From: Chloroflexota bacterium
Lineage (GTDB): Bacteria > Chloroflexota > Dehalococcoidia > SpSt-223
DNA: 59,356 nt
Reading direction: 5' to 3'
Assembly: GCA_023512725.1 (NCBI GenBank)
Contig: JAILZB010000002.1
Span: forward strand, 1 to 59,356
Below the pieces are notes generated by a model. It did not search any database and was not told the DNA's origin. It worked only from the letters and a program-made list of their open reading frames with translations. Positions 17,489 through 27,565 of the stretch are shown in pieces (the stretch's first letter is position 1; the number at the start of each line of letters is the position of its first letter). The translations under genes were made by a program, and so were the position numbers.

Positions 17489-19678
17489 ATGACCACGCTC
17501 GACGACCCAGTGCTGCGAGGGCTCAATCCCGCCCAGCGGGAGGCGGTCGCGGCGGTCGCCGGCCCCCTGCTTATCATCGCCGGGCCCGGCAGCGGCAAGA
17601 CGCGCGTCATCAGCCACCGCGTGGCCTACCTCATCCGGACGCTGGGGGTGTCACCCCGCCGGATCGTGGCCGTGACCTTCACCAACAAGGCCGCCCGCGA
17701 ACTCCGCGAGCGGATCGAGCGGCTGATCGGCGCGAGCGTCGAGCAACTGACGGCTGGCACCTTCCATGCCATCTGCGCCCGGATGCTCCGCAGCGAGGGA
17801 GCAGCGCTCGGCATCGACCCGCACTTCCAAATCTTCGACGAAGAAGACCAGCTCCGGGTGATGAAAGGCGTGCTGGCGGACTTGCGGCTCGATGAAGGGA
17901 GGGTCAGCCCGCGGGCCGTCCTGAACGCAATCAGCCGCTTGAAGGCAGAACTCGTCCTCCCCGACAGTCCCGAGCTGAGCGGCATCCAGCGCTATTTCGA
18001 TGAAATCGTCAGCCGAGCCTACCGCCTCTATCAGGAACGGCTAGCTGAGAGCCGCGGGCTCGACTTCGATGACCTGATCCTCCAGACCGTGCGGTTGCTG
18101 AGCGAGGTCCCCACGGTGGCAGCCCGCTACCAGGAACGGTACCTCCACATCCTCGTCGATGAGTTCCAGGATACCAACATCGCCCAGTACGAGCTGGTCA
18201 AGCTGCTCGCGGCACGCCACCGGAACCTGACGGTGGTAGGCGACCCCGACCAATCGATCTACCGCTTCCGCTCGGCCGACCTACGCAACATCCTCAACTT
18301 CGAACGCGATTTTCCCGATGCCCGGGTCGTCGTCCTGGAAGAGAACTACCGCTCGACCCAGCAGATCCTGAGGGCGGCGGCTGGCATCATCGCGCCCAAT
18401 CGCGGCCGGAAGCCGAAGCAGCTCGTCGCCGTACGTGGCGAGGGCCCGAAAATCATCGTCCGTGAGTTGGCCAACGAGCACGACGAGGCCGCTGCGGTGG
18501 CGCGCGAGATCGAGCAGCTCCAGCAGGCAGAGCAGCGTCGCTTCCGCGACTTCGCCGTGATGTACCGGACAAATGCCCAGTCGCGCCCGCTCGAACAGCG
18601 GCTGATCCTCCACGGCATCCCCTACCGCCTCGTGGGTGGCGTCCGCTTCTACGAGCGCCGCGAGGTGAAAGACCTGCTGGCCTACCTCCGCCTTGCTCTC
18701 AACCCCCGCGACCTCGTTGCGCTGGAGCGGGTGATCAACGTTCCGCCTCGCAGCATCGGCCAGAGAACGCTTGATGAACTGGTCCGGCTTTCGCGGGCGC
18801 AGGAGCAGCCGCTCTGGGAGACGCTCCTGGCCATCCAGGTTGGGGCGCTCACCGTGAGCCCGCGTGCCCGCGGCCCCCTGCTCGGATTCGTCGCGACGAT
18901 CCAGGACTTGATCGCAGCCAGCGCCGAGCTTCCGCCACCCGCCCTGATCGAGCGGGTGCTCGAGCGCACGGGCTATCGCGACTACCTCCAGCCCGAGAGC
19001 GAGGAGGGTGCGGAGCGGCTGGAGAACATCCAGCAACTGATGACCGCTGCCAACGAGTTCGCCTCCTTCTCGCCCCGAGAAGCCCTCGCCCGCTTCCTCG
19101 ATGAGGTCTCCCTCTTCACCGATATCGACCAGGCAGACCTCACCGCTGATGCCGTGACGCTCATCACGCTTCACGCCGCCAAGGGGCTCGAGTTTCCGGT
19201 GGTCTTCATCGTCGGGCTGGAGGAGGGCATTCTGCCGCACGCACGCGCGATCGCCGGCGAGGAGGACGACCTCGAAGCGCTGGAAGAAGAGCGTCGCCTG
19301 CTCTACGTCGGCGTGACCCGGGCGAAGGAGCGGCTGTTCCTCTTCCATGCGTACCGGCGAGGAATGTGGGGACGCAGTGAAGCCCTTCCCCGCTCGCGTT
19401 TTCTCGATGACATCCCCCCCGAGGTGCGCGAGAAGGAGCAGATCGTGATCAGCCAGAGCAGCTTTCCCCTTCCGACGGTGCGCGCGGCTGGGCTGCCCGA
19501 ACGACTTCCCTTCGGCCCCGGCGATTATGTCCGCCAGGCCCTGCTGGGCGAAGGCCAGGTGGTAGCGGTGAACCCGGTACGTGGGGACTACGAAGTCATC
19601 GTCAATTTCCGCAATCCTCGGACGGGGGTCAAGAAGCTCTTGCAGAGCCTGGCGCGGCTGGAAAAGATCGAGCGGTGA
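17489..19678 (+). CDS. pcrA: UvrD/PcrA-family ATP-dependent DNA helicase
   Basis: AGPGSGKTRV (Walker A), VDEFQDTN (motif II), LHAAKGLEFPVVF and YVGVTRAK. Confidence 0.9.
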   Translation: MTTLDDPVLRGLNPAQREAVAAVAGPLLIIAGPGSGKTRVISHRVAYLIRTLGVSPRRIVAVTFTNKAARELRERIERLIGASVEQLTAGTFHAICARMLRSEGAALGIDPHFQIFDEEDQLRVMKGVLADLRLDEGRVSPRAVLNAISRLKAELVLPDSPELSGIQRYFDEIVSRAYRLYQERLAESRGLDFDDLILQTVRLLSEVPTVAARYQERYLHILVDEFQDTNIAQYELVKLLAARHRNLTVVGDPDQSIYRFRSADLRNILNFERDFPDARVVVLEENYRSTQQILRAAAGIIAPNRGRKPKQLVAVRGEGPKIIVRELANEHDEAAAVAREIEQLQQAEQRRFRDFAVMYRTNAQSRPLEQRLILHGIPYRLVGGVRFYERREVKDLLAYLRLALNPRDLVALERVINVPPRSIGQRTLDELVRLSRAQEQPLWETLLAIQVGALTVSPRARGPLLGFVATIQDLIAASAELPPPALIERVLERTGYRDYLQPESEEGAERLENIQQLMTAANEFASFSPREALARFLDEVSLFTDIDQADLTADAVTLITLHAAKGLEFPVVFIVGLEEGILPHARAIAGEEDDLEALEEERRLLYVGVTRAKERLFLFHAYRRGMWGRSEALPRSRFLDDIPPEVREKEQIVISQSSFPLPTVRAAGLPERLPFGPGDYVRQALLGEGQVVAVNPVRGDYEVIVNFRNPRTGVKKLLQSLARLEKIER

Positions 19679-20622
19679 CCCCCGTCGATGTGCAACTGCT
19701 CATCCCCCTCTCGCTGGGCGCCCTCACCGGCTTGCGGCGGGGGTTCCTCCTTGGCCTCTTCGACCTGCTCGGGCTAGCAGCTTCCATCTGGTTGGCGGGG
19801 CTGCTCTTCCCCTGGGTGGCAGGGTGGGTGAGCGCACCCCTCGGCCTGCCGGACTGGGCGGTCAACCTGAGCACCTTCGCGAGCCTGCTCATCCTGTTCC
19901 AGCTGGGGTATGGCCTGGTGGTGCTGCGCTGGCTCTACCCGGTCCGACGGCTCCTGACGGCAACCTTCTTTCTCAAGTGGCTGGATATCGCTGGGGGGAT
20001 CCTGCCCGGTGCCGCGAAGGGGCTGCTCCTGGTTGCGCTGGTGCTGATCGGGCTCGGGATCTGGCCCATCTTCCCACCCGCCCGCGCGGCTATCGAGGCC
20101 TCGCAGCTCGGCCGCCTTCTCCTTCCCTGGGTGCGCCCACTTGAACAGTACGCCGGGACCCTCGCCGGCCAGCTCAGGCTGCCGCTCCCCGCTGGGACAA
20201 CGGGCGACCAGCTTCCCCTGCCAGCGGCTGCCCGCCCCACGATCGACCCCCGTGCCGAAGAGGAGATCCTCGCCCTCATCAACACGGAACGCGCTCGCTA
20301 CGCCCTCGCTCCCCTGACCCCCAGCCCCCAGCTCCGCGACCTCGCCCGCGCCTACGCCCAAACGCTCTACCAGGCGGGCATCCTCAGCCACCGTGGCCCC
20401 GACGGGAGCACCCCTCCCGAGCGGCTCCAACGCGCGGGCATTCGGGCGCTCAGCTCCGGCGAGAATCTCGCCTTTGCCGCCACCGCCCGCATGGCCCACG
20501 AGGTGCTGCTCGCAAGCCCCGCCCACCGGGCGAACCTGCTCTCCCCCGCCTTCCGCCAGGTAGGGATCGGCGTGGCTTCCGCTCCGAGCGGGCTCGTGGT
20601 GGTCCAGGAGTTCACCAACTGA
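19675..20622 (+). CDS. CvpA-family membrane domain fused to a CAP/SCP (YkwD-like) domain
   Basis: Four N-terminal TM segments. The C-terminus reads ...LINTERARYALAPL...SHRGPDG...GENLAF...SPAHRANLL. The GTG start overlaps the pcrA stop (GTGA). Confidence 0.7.
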   Translation: MTPVDVQLLIPLSLGALTGLRRGFLLGLFDLLGLAASIWLAGLLFPWVAGWVSAPLGLPDWAVNLSTFASLLILFQLGYGLVVLRWLYPVRRLLTATFFLKWLDIAGGILPGAAKGLLLVALVLIGLGIWPIFPPARAAIEASQLGRLLLPWVRPLEQYAGTLAGQLRLPLPAGTTGDQLPLPAAARPTIDPRAEEEILALINTERARYALAPLTPSPQLRDLARAYAQTLYQAGILSHRGPDGSTPPERLQRAGIRALSSGENLAFAATARMAHEVLLASPAHRANLLSPAFRQVGIGVASAPSGLVVVQEFTN

Positions 20623-20627
20623 GCGCG

Positions 20628-20987
20628 CTAGACCAGCACCTCGGCGGACAGGGAGAAGACGCGCAGCACGAACGCCGCCCCGTGGGGGGTCAGGTGCCGT
20701 TCCAGGTACTCCCGCAAGGCGCTCGCGATCCGATCGGCCAGTTCGCAGGGGACCGCACAGAAGAGAGCGGCGTTATTGCCCGGCCAGATCGTATTGCCCA
20801 GCCGCAACCCCGACTCGCCCCGGCCAATCAGCCGGCGCACCTCGGTCCAGCCGGGCGCACCGGCGGCATCGAGCAGCCGCCGCACCTCGTCCTCCGCTGC
20901 CTCAGAAAAAATGATCAGGAGCAAGCGCACCTGCTGGCCTGGCTGCAGGCCAGTCTCAAGTGCCCGGCTGGGAGCAGCAAGGTTCAT
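20628..20987 (-). CDS. Small hypothetical protein (119 aa), possibly with a P-II-like fold
   Basis: ATG at 20987 preceded by AGGAGG. It shows the high third-position GC typical of coding sequence here. I recognise no motif. Confidence 0.5.
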   Translation of the reverse strand: MNLAAPSRALETGLQPGQQVRLLLIIFSEAAEDEVRRLLDAAGAPGWTEVRRLIGRGESGLRLGNTIWPGNNAALFCAVPCELADRIASALREYLERHLTPHGAAFVLRVFSLSAEVLV

Positions 20988-21041
20988 TTCGCCTCCTGCC
21001 AGAGAATTCGCTACAAGTATACAGTACGCTTCGCGAAAACC

Positions 21042-21070
21042 TTGACGGGCTGAATACGGATAGGTACACT
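21042..21070 (+). promoter_or_regulatory. Sigma-70-type promoter for the solute-binding-protein gene
   Basis: TTGACG, a 17-nt spacer, then TACACT. Confidence 0.4.
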
Positions 21071-21121
21071 GAGCATCAATCGAAGCTTTCGTTAGACGAC
21101 AGCCGTTGGAAGGGGGCTTCT

Positions 21122-22696
21122 GTGCGTATCCTTCACTGGCGTCTTCCCTGGGTCCTCCTCCTCCTGACGGTCGGCTGCGCGCCGGCAGCGCCGGCTTCGC
21201 CCAGCGCGCCCGTGCCACCGCAGGAAGAGCGGGCGAGTGAACAGAAGCTGAATATCATCCTCGGCGGGATGGTTGCCAACCTGACCCCGGCGGTGGGCAG
21301 TTCGGGCTACTGGTACTACTCACCGCTCTATGACTCGATGGTCGTCTTCGGCGAGAACTTCGAGGTCCGCCCTGCAGTCCTCACCCGCTGGGAAGCGGCA
21401 GCCGAGGGCAAGAAATGGCTACTCACCGTTCGCGAGGGGATGACGTGGTCTGATGGCGCGCGCCTCACAGCCGAGGACGTGGCCTTCACGCTGAACCTCT
21501 ACGTCGAAAACCGCTGGCCGGCGAAAGTTTCGTTCTTCAACAGCGTGACGCGCGCGACGGCGACCTCCGCCACCAGTGTCGAGCTGGAGACGCAATTCCC
21601 GGACACTTCGGTCATCGCTGGCCTGACCTATGCTTACGTCCTCCCCAAGCACTACTACGAGCGGGTCGGCTTCGATGGCTTCGCCCAGAAACCGATGGGG
21701 TCTGGCCCCTACGAGCTGGTCGAGTTCGTACCGAGCGATTCGATCCGCTACAAGAAGCGCAGCCAGCCGCACGCCTTCCGCCAGCCTGTCGCGGACGAGC
21801 TGTACTACAAAGTGATCCTGGAGAACTCGCAGAAGATCACGGGCCTGCGCACGGGCGAGTTCGACATCGTGACCTTCACCAGCTTCACTGCCGAGCAGAT
21901 CGACCAGCTGAAGCGCCTGGGCATGACGATCATCGCCGACCTCTCGACCAACTGGTCGATCACGTTCCCGAAAGTGGCCTACGAGACCCGGAACACCCCC
22001 CTCAAGGACAAGCGGGTGCGCTTGGCGTTCAACTACGCGGTCGACAAGCAGGCGATGGCGGATAACCTGTTCAAGGGGTACGCGCAACCCTCACCCCAGC
22101 AGTACGCTATTCCTGCCAGCCCCTACTGGGACCCGAGCAACCCCGTCATTCCCTACGACCCCAAGCGCGCGCGGGAGCTGCTCGCCGAAGCCGGGTACCC
22201 GAACGGCTTCAAGCTCCCCTACGGCGTCGATAACGCCCCCGCCCAGTCGCCGGTCGAGCCGCTACTGGCCGTCCAGAGCTACCTGAAAGAGGTGGGGGTC
22301 GAGTTCGAGATCCACTCCCAGGAATGGAGCGTGATCCTAGCCAAAGTCCGCGGCCAGGGTGGCCTGATCCCGGACCTCTGGGCCCAGGGCAACACCGATG
22401 CCACGGGGTTCGCGAGCGGCATTCGCTCCTTCTGGGGCTGCGGCAAGCCGATCCCGAACGGAGAGTGGTACTGCAACCCGGAGTGGGACCGCCTGATGAA
22501 CCAGGCCCTCGCCGAGTTCGACCCCGCCAAGCGCCGCGCGCTCTTCCTCCAGGCGAACCGCATCTGGAAGGAGGACGTGCCGATGCTCTACCTGCTGATC
22601 CAGCCAACCTTCCACATCACCAGCCCCAAGGTCAAAGGCTGGAAGCCGGTCAACTTCGTGATTTACAACTTCGATAGCGCCTACAAGATCAAATAA
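21122..22696 (+). CDS. ABC-transporter substrate-binding lipoprotein, family 5 (peptide/nickel/opine type); orphan, with no adjacent permease
   Basis: Signal plus lipobox VRILHWRLPWVLLLLTVGC. DppA/OppA-like core with many W/Y/P residues and the motif FNYAVDKQAM. Confidence 0.8.
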   Translation: MRILHWRLPWVLLLLTVGCAPAAPASPSAPVPPQEERASEQKLNIILGGMVANLTPAVGSSGYWYYSPLYDSMVVFGENFEVRPAVLTRWEAAAEGKKWLLTVREGMTWSDGARLTAEDVAFTLNLYVENRWPAKVSFFNSVTRATATSATSVELETQFPDTSVIAGLTYAYVLPKHYYERVGFDGFAQKPMGSGPYELVEFVPSDSIRYKKRSQPHAFRQPVADELYYKVILENSQKITGLRTGEFDIVTFTSFTAEQIDQLKRLGMTIIADLSTNWSITFPKVAYETRNTPLKDKRVRLAFNYAVDKQAMADNLFKGYAQPSPQQYAIPASPYWDPSNPVIPYDPKRARELLAEAGYPNGFKLPYGVDNAPAQSPVEPLLAVQSYLKEVGVEFEIHSQEWSVILAKVRGQGGLIPDLWAQGNTDATGFASGIRSFWGCGKPIPNGEWYCNPEWDRLMNQALAEFDPAKRRALFLQANRIWKEDVPMLYLLIQPTFHITSPKVKGWKPVNFVIYNFDSAYKIK

Positions 22697-22763
22697 GCGC
22701 GGGCACGGCGACCAGCAGAGCACTTGCCCCCGCTGGTACACTTCATCCTGGGAGGGCAGCACG

Positions 22764-23726
22764 ATGACCACCAAGCAGAAGGTGAGCCTGGAAGAGAAAA
22801 TGACCCCAGTGGGCAAGCCGCCGGAGGGCACGCCCCAGTACGCTGGCCCACCGATGACCTTTGAGCTGTGGCTTTCGAAGTACTTCCCCACCCTCCAGCG
22901 GATCAAGCAGCGGATCAAATTCCGCTTGCTGGAACAGATGGACGGCCCCTTCGATGCCTCCGACCTCATGCCCCCTGGGGCTACCCAGCCTGCCAAGTAT
23001 CCGGCCTACTTCTTCATGAAGCCGGTCCACACCTTCCCGACGCCCGGTGGGCTCGACCCGGCCTTCGGGCCCTATCACGGCGAGTTCCAGCAGAGAACGA
23101 CCTTCTACTTCACCAAGCCGGAGACGATCAAGTACTGGCTCCAGCAGGTCTATGGGGACATCAAGCCGCAGCGCGCCATCGACCTCGGCTGTGGGATCGG
23201 GGCGACCACCTTCGTGATGGCCGAACTCTGGCCCGACTGCGAGGTGATCGGCATCGACCTTTCCCCCTCGAACCTGCGCTACGCCCGCCGGCTCGCCGAG
23301 CAACGCGGGGTCAAGAACATCTTCTTCTATCACATGGACGCCGGCGACTGTTCCTACTTTCCGGACGCCTCCTTCGATGTGGTCAACGAGAGCTACATCC
23401 TCCACGAGATGCCGACCTATCACAGCCGTGCTGTCGTCAAGGAGATGATCCGCCTAGCCAAGCCGGGCAGCATCATCACCTGGTTCGACTGGCCGCCCGC
23501 CGAGTCCCCCGGCGACCTCGCCCGCCGCGAGGAGATCGCCAAGCGCGGCTCTGAGCCATTCATGCTCCAGTATCTCGACCTCCGGCTGGAGCAGTACCTG
23601 GTCGAACTTGGCCTGGAGGACGTACGCCGGGTGGTCCGCGCGGGAGCGAACATGCTCGTTGCCGCCCGCAAGCCAGCCCACCAGCCGGCGGAGACCGCCG
23701 AGCGCGAGTTGGTGACCGCCTCCTGA
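22764..23726 (+). CDS. Class I SAM-dependent methyltransferase with a roughly 130-aa N-terminal extension (paralog A1)
   Basis: Motif I AIDLGCGIGATT; post-I IGIDLS; ...FDVVNESYILHEM. It is a close paralog of 27566..28489. Confidence 0.8.
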   Translation: MTTKQKVSLEEKMTPVGKPPEGTPQYAGPPMTFELWLSKYFPTLQRIKQRIKFRLLEQMDGPFDASDLMPPGATQPAKYPAYFFMKPVHTFPTPGGLDPAFGPYHGEFQQRTTFYFTKPETIKYWLQQVYGDIKPQRAIDLGCGIGATTFVMAELWPDCEVIGIDLSPSNLRYARRLAEQRGVKNIFFYHMDAGDCSYFPDASFDVVNESYILHEMPTYHSRAVVKEMIRLAKPGSIITWFDWPPAESPGDLARREEIAKRGSEPFMLQYLDLRLEQYLVELGLEDVRRVVRAGANMLVAARKPAHQPAETAERELVTAS

Positions 23727-23761
23727 GCGAGCATCGCCCACGCTTCCAGACCGCGAAACGG

Positions 23762-23790
23762 CGCCGGGAGGGCGTTCCTCCCGGCGTTTA
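23762..23790 (+). terminator. Intrinsic terminator
   Basis: CGCCGGGAGG-gcgtt-CCTCCCGGCG followed by TTTA, with an A-tract upstream. Confidence 0.6.
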
Positions 23791-23804
23791 TGATGAGGAG
23801 AGCC

Positions 23805-24878
23805 ATGGCCCACAAGCGTTATAAGGTCGGCGTTATCGGCACCGCCTGGGCCGCCCGGAGCCCCCTTCCTACCTTCGCCAGCTACCCCCCGGTCGAGCTG
23901 TACGCCATCTGCAGCGCGCGTCTGGAGCGCGCCCGTGAGGCTGCCGAGCGGTTCGGTGCGCCGCTCTTCTTCGATGACTACCGCACCATGGTCCAGCTGC
24001 CCGAGCTCGATATCGTCTATATTGCTGCCCCGGTCTATCTCCACCACCCGATGACGCTGGCCGCAGCGGCGGCAGGCAAGCACGTGCTCTGCGAGAAGCC
24101 CGCCGCGGTGAACGTACGCGAGGCACAGGAGATGCTCGCCGCCTGCCAGCAGGCAGGCGTTGCCCACGCCATGGCGTTCACCATGCGCTACTTCCCCCAT
24201 ACCCTCTACATTCAACGCCTAGTGGCCGAAGGATTTCTCGGCGACCTCCGCCACGCGGCCATCCAGCAGTGGGCGGGCTTTCCGGCGGGTGGGCCGCTCC
24301 GCCCCTGGAGCTGGCTGAACGATGCGTCTCTGGGCGGCGGCTACCTCGGAGCCATGGGCAGCCACTACATCGACCTGCTCCGCGCCTGGTTCGGCGAGTG
24401 GGAGAGCGTCACTGGCCTCTTGCGCACCTGGCAGACCGAGTACCTCGCGAACGATGGGAGCATCAAAACGGCCACGGCGGAGGACGCGTTCGCCATCCTG
24501 GGCACGCTTGCGAACGGCGCGCTCGTCACCATCCAGTGGTTGTTCGGCTGCCGGGCCGCGAGCGGTCAGCGGATCGAACTCTACGGCAGCCACGGCTCGA
24601 TCGTGGTCGACCAGGATCTCCAGGTGCACCTGGCCGGGCCGCAGGACCGCGCTCTCCAGCCCGTCACCGTGCCGGAGCCGGACTTTTCCGAATCAGTTGC
24701 CCGCGCGGCTGCCCCCCGCTTCGCTCAGATCGTGGCTCACTTGATCGAAGCGATCGAGAGCGGCGAGCCGCGTCACCCGAACCTCGAAGATGGCCTCCGC
24801 TGCCAGGAAGTGATGGACGCCGTCCGGCGTGCCAGCGCTGCTGGCCTGCCGAAGATCCGGGAGGCCGCCCCGGCCTGA
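23805..24878 (+). CDS. Gfo/Idh/MocA-family NAD(P)-dependent oxidoreductase
   Basis: YKVGVIGTAWAA Rossmann start and VLCEKPAA motif. Confidence 0.8.
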   Translation: MAHKRYKVGVIGTAWAARSPLPTFASYPPVELYAICSARLERAREAAERFGAPLFFDDYRTMVQLPELDIVYIAAPVYLHHPMTLAAAAAGKHVLCEKPAAVNVREAQEMLAACQQAGVAHAMAFTMRYFPHTLYIQRLVAEGFLGDLRHAAIQQWAGFPAGGPLRPWSWLNDASLGGGYLGAMGSHYIDLLRAWFGEWESVTGLLRTWQTEYLANDGSIKTATAEDAFAILGTLANGALVTIQWLFGCRAASGQRIELYGSHGSIVVDQDLQVHLAGPQDRALQPVTVPEPDFSESVARAAAPRFAQIVAHLIEAIESGEPRHPNLEDGLRCQEVMDAVRRASAAGLPKIREAAPA

Positions 24879-24971
24879 AACAGACCGCCGGATGGCCTGG
24901 GAAACCGCGTCCATTCGGCAGGTGCCCGCCCTTACGATCGAGGATATTTTTCACGTCCAGGGGGTACGCAC

Positions 24972-26423
24972 GTGGGGGAAACCACCAGTGATCGCCACCT
25001 GCTCATTCTCGGTGGCGGCCTGACCGGCCTGGTCACCGCCTTCCGGCTCGAGCGTGCCCTGGCTGAAACCGGAGTTGCCGCTCGGGTGACCCTCCTCGAG
25101 CAGGAGCACCGCTTTGGCGGCAAGTTTCTCACCATCCGGCGCGAAGGCTTTATCGTCGAGGTCGGCCCCGAGGGGTTCGTGGCGGCTGCGCCGGAGGGCT
25201 ACCAGCTCTGCAGCGAACTCGGGCTGGGCGGGGAGCTGATCGAACCGCTGGGGGCAAATGGCGGAAGTTCGATCTACTTTGCTGGCCGCCTCCACCCGAT
25301 CACCCAGGGGATCACCTCTATCCTGCCGCTCCAACCCGGCAGGCTGCTTGCGGAAGGCGTCCTCTCGCCCTGGGGCGCGCTCCGTGCCGCCCTGGAGCCC
25401 TACCTCCCACCCCGGCGGACGGGCGGCGAAGAGTCGCTGGGTCAGTTCCTCCGGCGCCGCTTTGGGGAAGAGGCCTGGACGAACGTGCTCGAGCCGTTGC
25501 TAGGCGGCATCGCTGGCGGCGAAGGGGAGACCCTGTCGGCTCCCGCCGCCGCACCTGGCCTGGTGCTCTTCGAGCAGCGGTTTGGCAGCGTCACGGCAGG
25601 TGCCCGCCACGAGCGTGCCCGGCTGGTAGAGATGGGCAAGGGCGATGCCTCGCTCGCGGCACCCCGCCAAGGCATGGAGACGATCATCGAGCGGCTCGTC
25701 GCCGCCCTGGCCGAGCGACCGAACGTCCAGCTCTGCGCGGGGGTCACCGTCACCGCCATCGAGCGGGCACCCGGCGGGTTTCTCGTCCGCACTCACGGGC
25801 CGGCTGGGGCGAATACCCTCACGGCTGAGGTCATCGTCGCGACTGCCCCGGCCTTTCAGCTCGCTCCTCTCCTCCGTCCGCTCGACCCTTCCCTCGCCGA
25901 GACTCTCGCTGCAATGTCGTTCCGATCGATGGCGACCTACTCCTACGCCTTCCGGCCCGGCGAGGCGAACAAGATCCTGAAAGGCACCGGCTACGTCAAG
26001 CGGGCCGACGCCCGCGACGTGGTCAACTCGGTCACCTGGGATTCGGTTCGCTGGCCGGGCCACGCCCCCGATGGCTACGCCCTCTTGCGAGTCTTCTTCG
26101 GCGACGAAGCCGTTGTCGAGGGAGCGAGCGAGGACGAGCTGATCGAGGCGGGGTTGCAGGAGATCCGAACGGTGCTCCAGGTGAAGGCCGAGCCTCTTTT
26201 TGTCACCGGCGGGCGCTGGACGCCAGCGCTCCCCCGTTACACCCTCGGGCACCCCGAGCGGGTAGCGACAGCCGAGCGGCGGGTCGCAACGATCCCCGGT
26301 CTCATCCTGGCTGGCACCTCCTACCGCGGCCGGGGGGTGGTCGATGCCATCCGCTCTGCCAACGCCGCCGCCGCCGCCGCCGCCCGGCTTGCTCACCAGC
26401 CTGGCCCAGGCGTTGTAGTATGA
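24972..26423 (+). CDS. hemY: Protoporphyrinogen/coproporphyrinogen oxidase (HemY/CgoX type, FAD-dependent)
   Basis: HLLILGGGLTGL FAD fold, VTLLEQEHRFGGK, EVGPEGF, and C-terminal WTPALPRYTLGH...PGLILAGTSYRGRGV. Confidence 0.8.
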   Translation: MGETTSDRHLLILGGGLTGLVTAFRLERALAETGVAARVTLLEQEHRFGGKFLTIRREGFIVEVGPEGFVAAAPEGYQLCSELGLGGELIEPLGANGGSSIYFAGRLHPITQGITSILPLQPGRLLAEGVLSPWGALRAALEPYLPPRRTGGEESLGQFLRRRFGEEAWTNVLEPLLGGIAGGEGETLSAPAAAPGLVLFEQRFGSVTAGARHERARLVEMGKGDASLAAPRQGMETIIERLVAALAERPNVQLCAGVTVTAIERAPGGFLVRTHGPAGANTLTAEVIVATAPAFQLAPLLRPLDPSLAETLAAMSFRSMATYSYAFRPGEANKILKGTGYVKRADARDVVNSVTWDSVRWPGHAPDGYALLRVFFGDEAVVEGASEDELIEAGLQEIRTVLQVKAEPLFVTGGRWTPALPRYTLGHPERVATAERRVATIPGLILAGTSYRGRGVVDAIRSANAAAAAAARLAHQPGPGVVV

Positions 26424-26435
26424 TCGTTGCCGATA

Positions 26436-26468
26436 GTGTCAGGACTGGCATCTCTGCCAGCCTGACAC
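26436..26468 (+). other. Near-perfect 14-bp stem-loop in the hemY / methyltransferase spacer
   Basis: GTGTCAGG-a-CTGGCA-tctc-TGCCAG-CCTGACAC, with no U-tract. Confidence 0.4.
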
Positions 26469-26490
26469 GGGCGAGAGAGGAGGCGTTTCG

Positions 26491-27555
26491 ATGCTCACCG
26501 TTGCGAGAGACGGCGTCCTGCTGAAGCAAGCGGACCGTGCGGTGCTGGACTTCATCCGCAACGCGAAAGGGTTCACCCAGCAGGTGCTTGCGGGGAGGGT
26601 AGCAAGCTTCTACCGGGAACAGGTTGCCCAGCGGCGAGCGAGCGGCCAGCCCGAGCCACAGAGCTTCGCGGATGTCGCCGCCATTGTCTCCCCCCTCTTC
26701 GAGTACCAGGCCGAAAAGTTCATCACCCGCCACCTCCAGGAGCTGATGTGGAACCAGCTGTTCGCGGCCGTCACGCCGCACGCGGAAGACCTGCTCGCCT
26801 GGCTGGATGAGCCGGTCCCTCACCCCAAAGGCACATTGCGGCTCAACCCCGAGCTGGTGCCACCGCCCTACTACGAGATCGACTACCACATTCAGCCAGG
26901 CGGTCAACACCGCGAGCCACTCATCCCCTTCGTGCTCGAGATCGGCCAGGTGGTCTACCACGGCGAGCGGAACGCCCGCTCGGAGCTGAAAGTGGGCGCG
27001 GCGCTCGCGCTCCCGGAGGGGAAGTACGAGCGGATCCTCGACCTTGGCTGCGGCGTTGGGCACTCGACCTACCCGATCAAGGAGCGCTTCCCCGACGCAG
27101 AGGTGTACGGGATCGACCTGTCGGCCCCCCTGCTGAAGTACGCCCATAAGCAGGCGGAAGCCCACGGCTATGTCCTTCACCTCAGCCAGCAGGCCGCTGA
27201 GCACACTGACTTCCCCGACAACTACTTCGACGTCGTCACTTCGACTATCCTGTTCCACGAAGTACCGGACGACGCGGCCGCAGCGATCATCCGCGAGGGC
27301 TATCGGATCCTGAAGCCCGGCGGGCTCTTCCAGATCGCCGACACTCCGCCCTACCGCGAGCACGAGCTGTTCCGCGCCTTCACCTCCGATTGGCAGACCG
27401 AGCATAACGGCGAGCCCTACTGGCGCCAGGCAGCCCTGCGCAACCTGGTTGAACTCTGTTACGCTGCTGGTTTCTCCCGAGTCGAGGAGCCCAGCCGCGA
27501 GCGCAAGAAGCACGGGGGCAGCCCAACCCCTTGGATCACCTGGGCCTGGAAGTAG
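26491..27555 (+). CDS. Class I SAM-dependent methyltransferase with a roughly 180-aa N-terminal helical extension (type B)
   Basis: ILDLGCGVGHST, YGIDLS and FDVVTSTILFHEV, with a GAGAGGAGG Shine-Dalgarno. Confidence 0.8.
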   Translation: MLTVARDGVLLKQADRAVLDFIRNAKGFTQQVLAGRVASFYREQVAQRRASGQPEPQSFADVAAIVSPLFEYQAEKFITRHLQELMWNQLFAAVTPHAEDLLAWLDEPVPHPKGTLRLNPELVPPPYYEIDYHIQPGGQHREPLIPFVLEIGQVVYHGERNARSELKVGAALALPEGKYERILDLGCGVGHSTYPIKERFPDAEVYGIDLSAPLLKYAHKQAEAHGYVLHLSQQAAEHTDFPDNYFDVVTSTILFHEVPDDAAAAIIREGYRILKPGGLFQIADTPPYREHELFRAFTSDWQTEHNGEPYWRQAALRNLVELCYAAGFSRVEEPSRERKKHGGSPTPWITWAWK

Positions 27556-27565
27556 GAGGAAACCC

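Noticed and set aside
26370-26392. GCC trinucleotide run (gccgccgccgccgccgcc), which could be a tandem repeat.
   Set aside because: It lies inside hemY and simply encodes a poly-Ala stretch near the C-terminus. It is not an independent repeat element.
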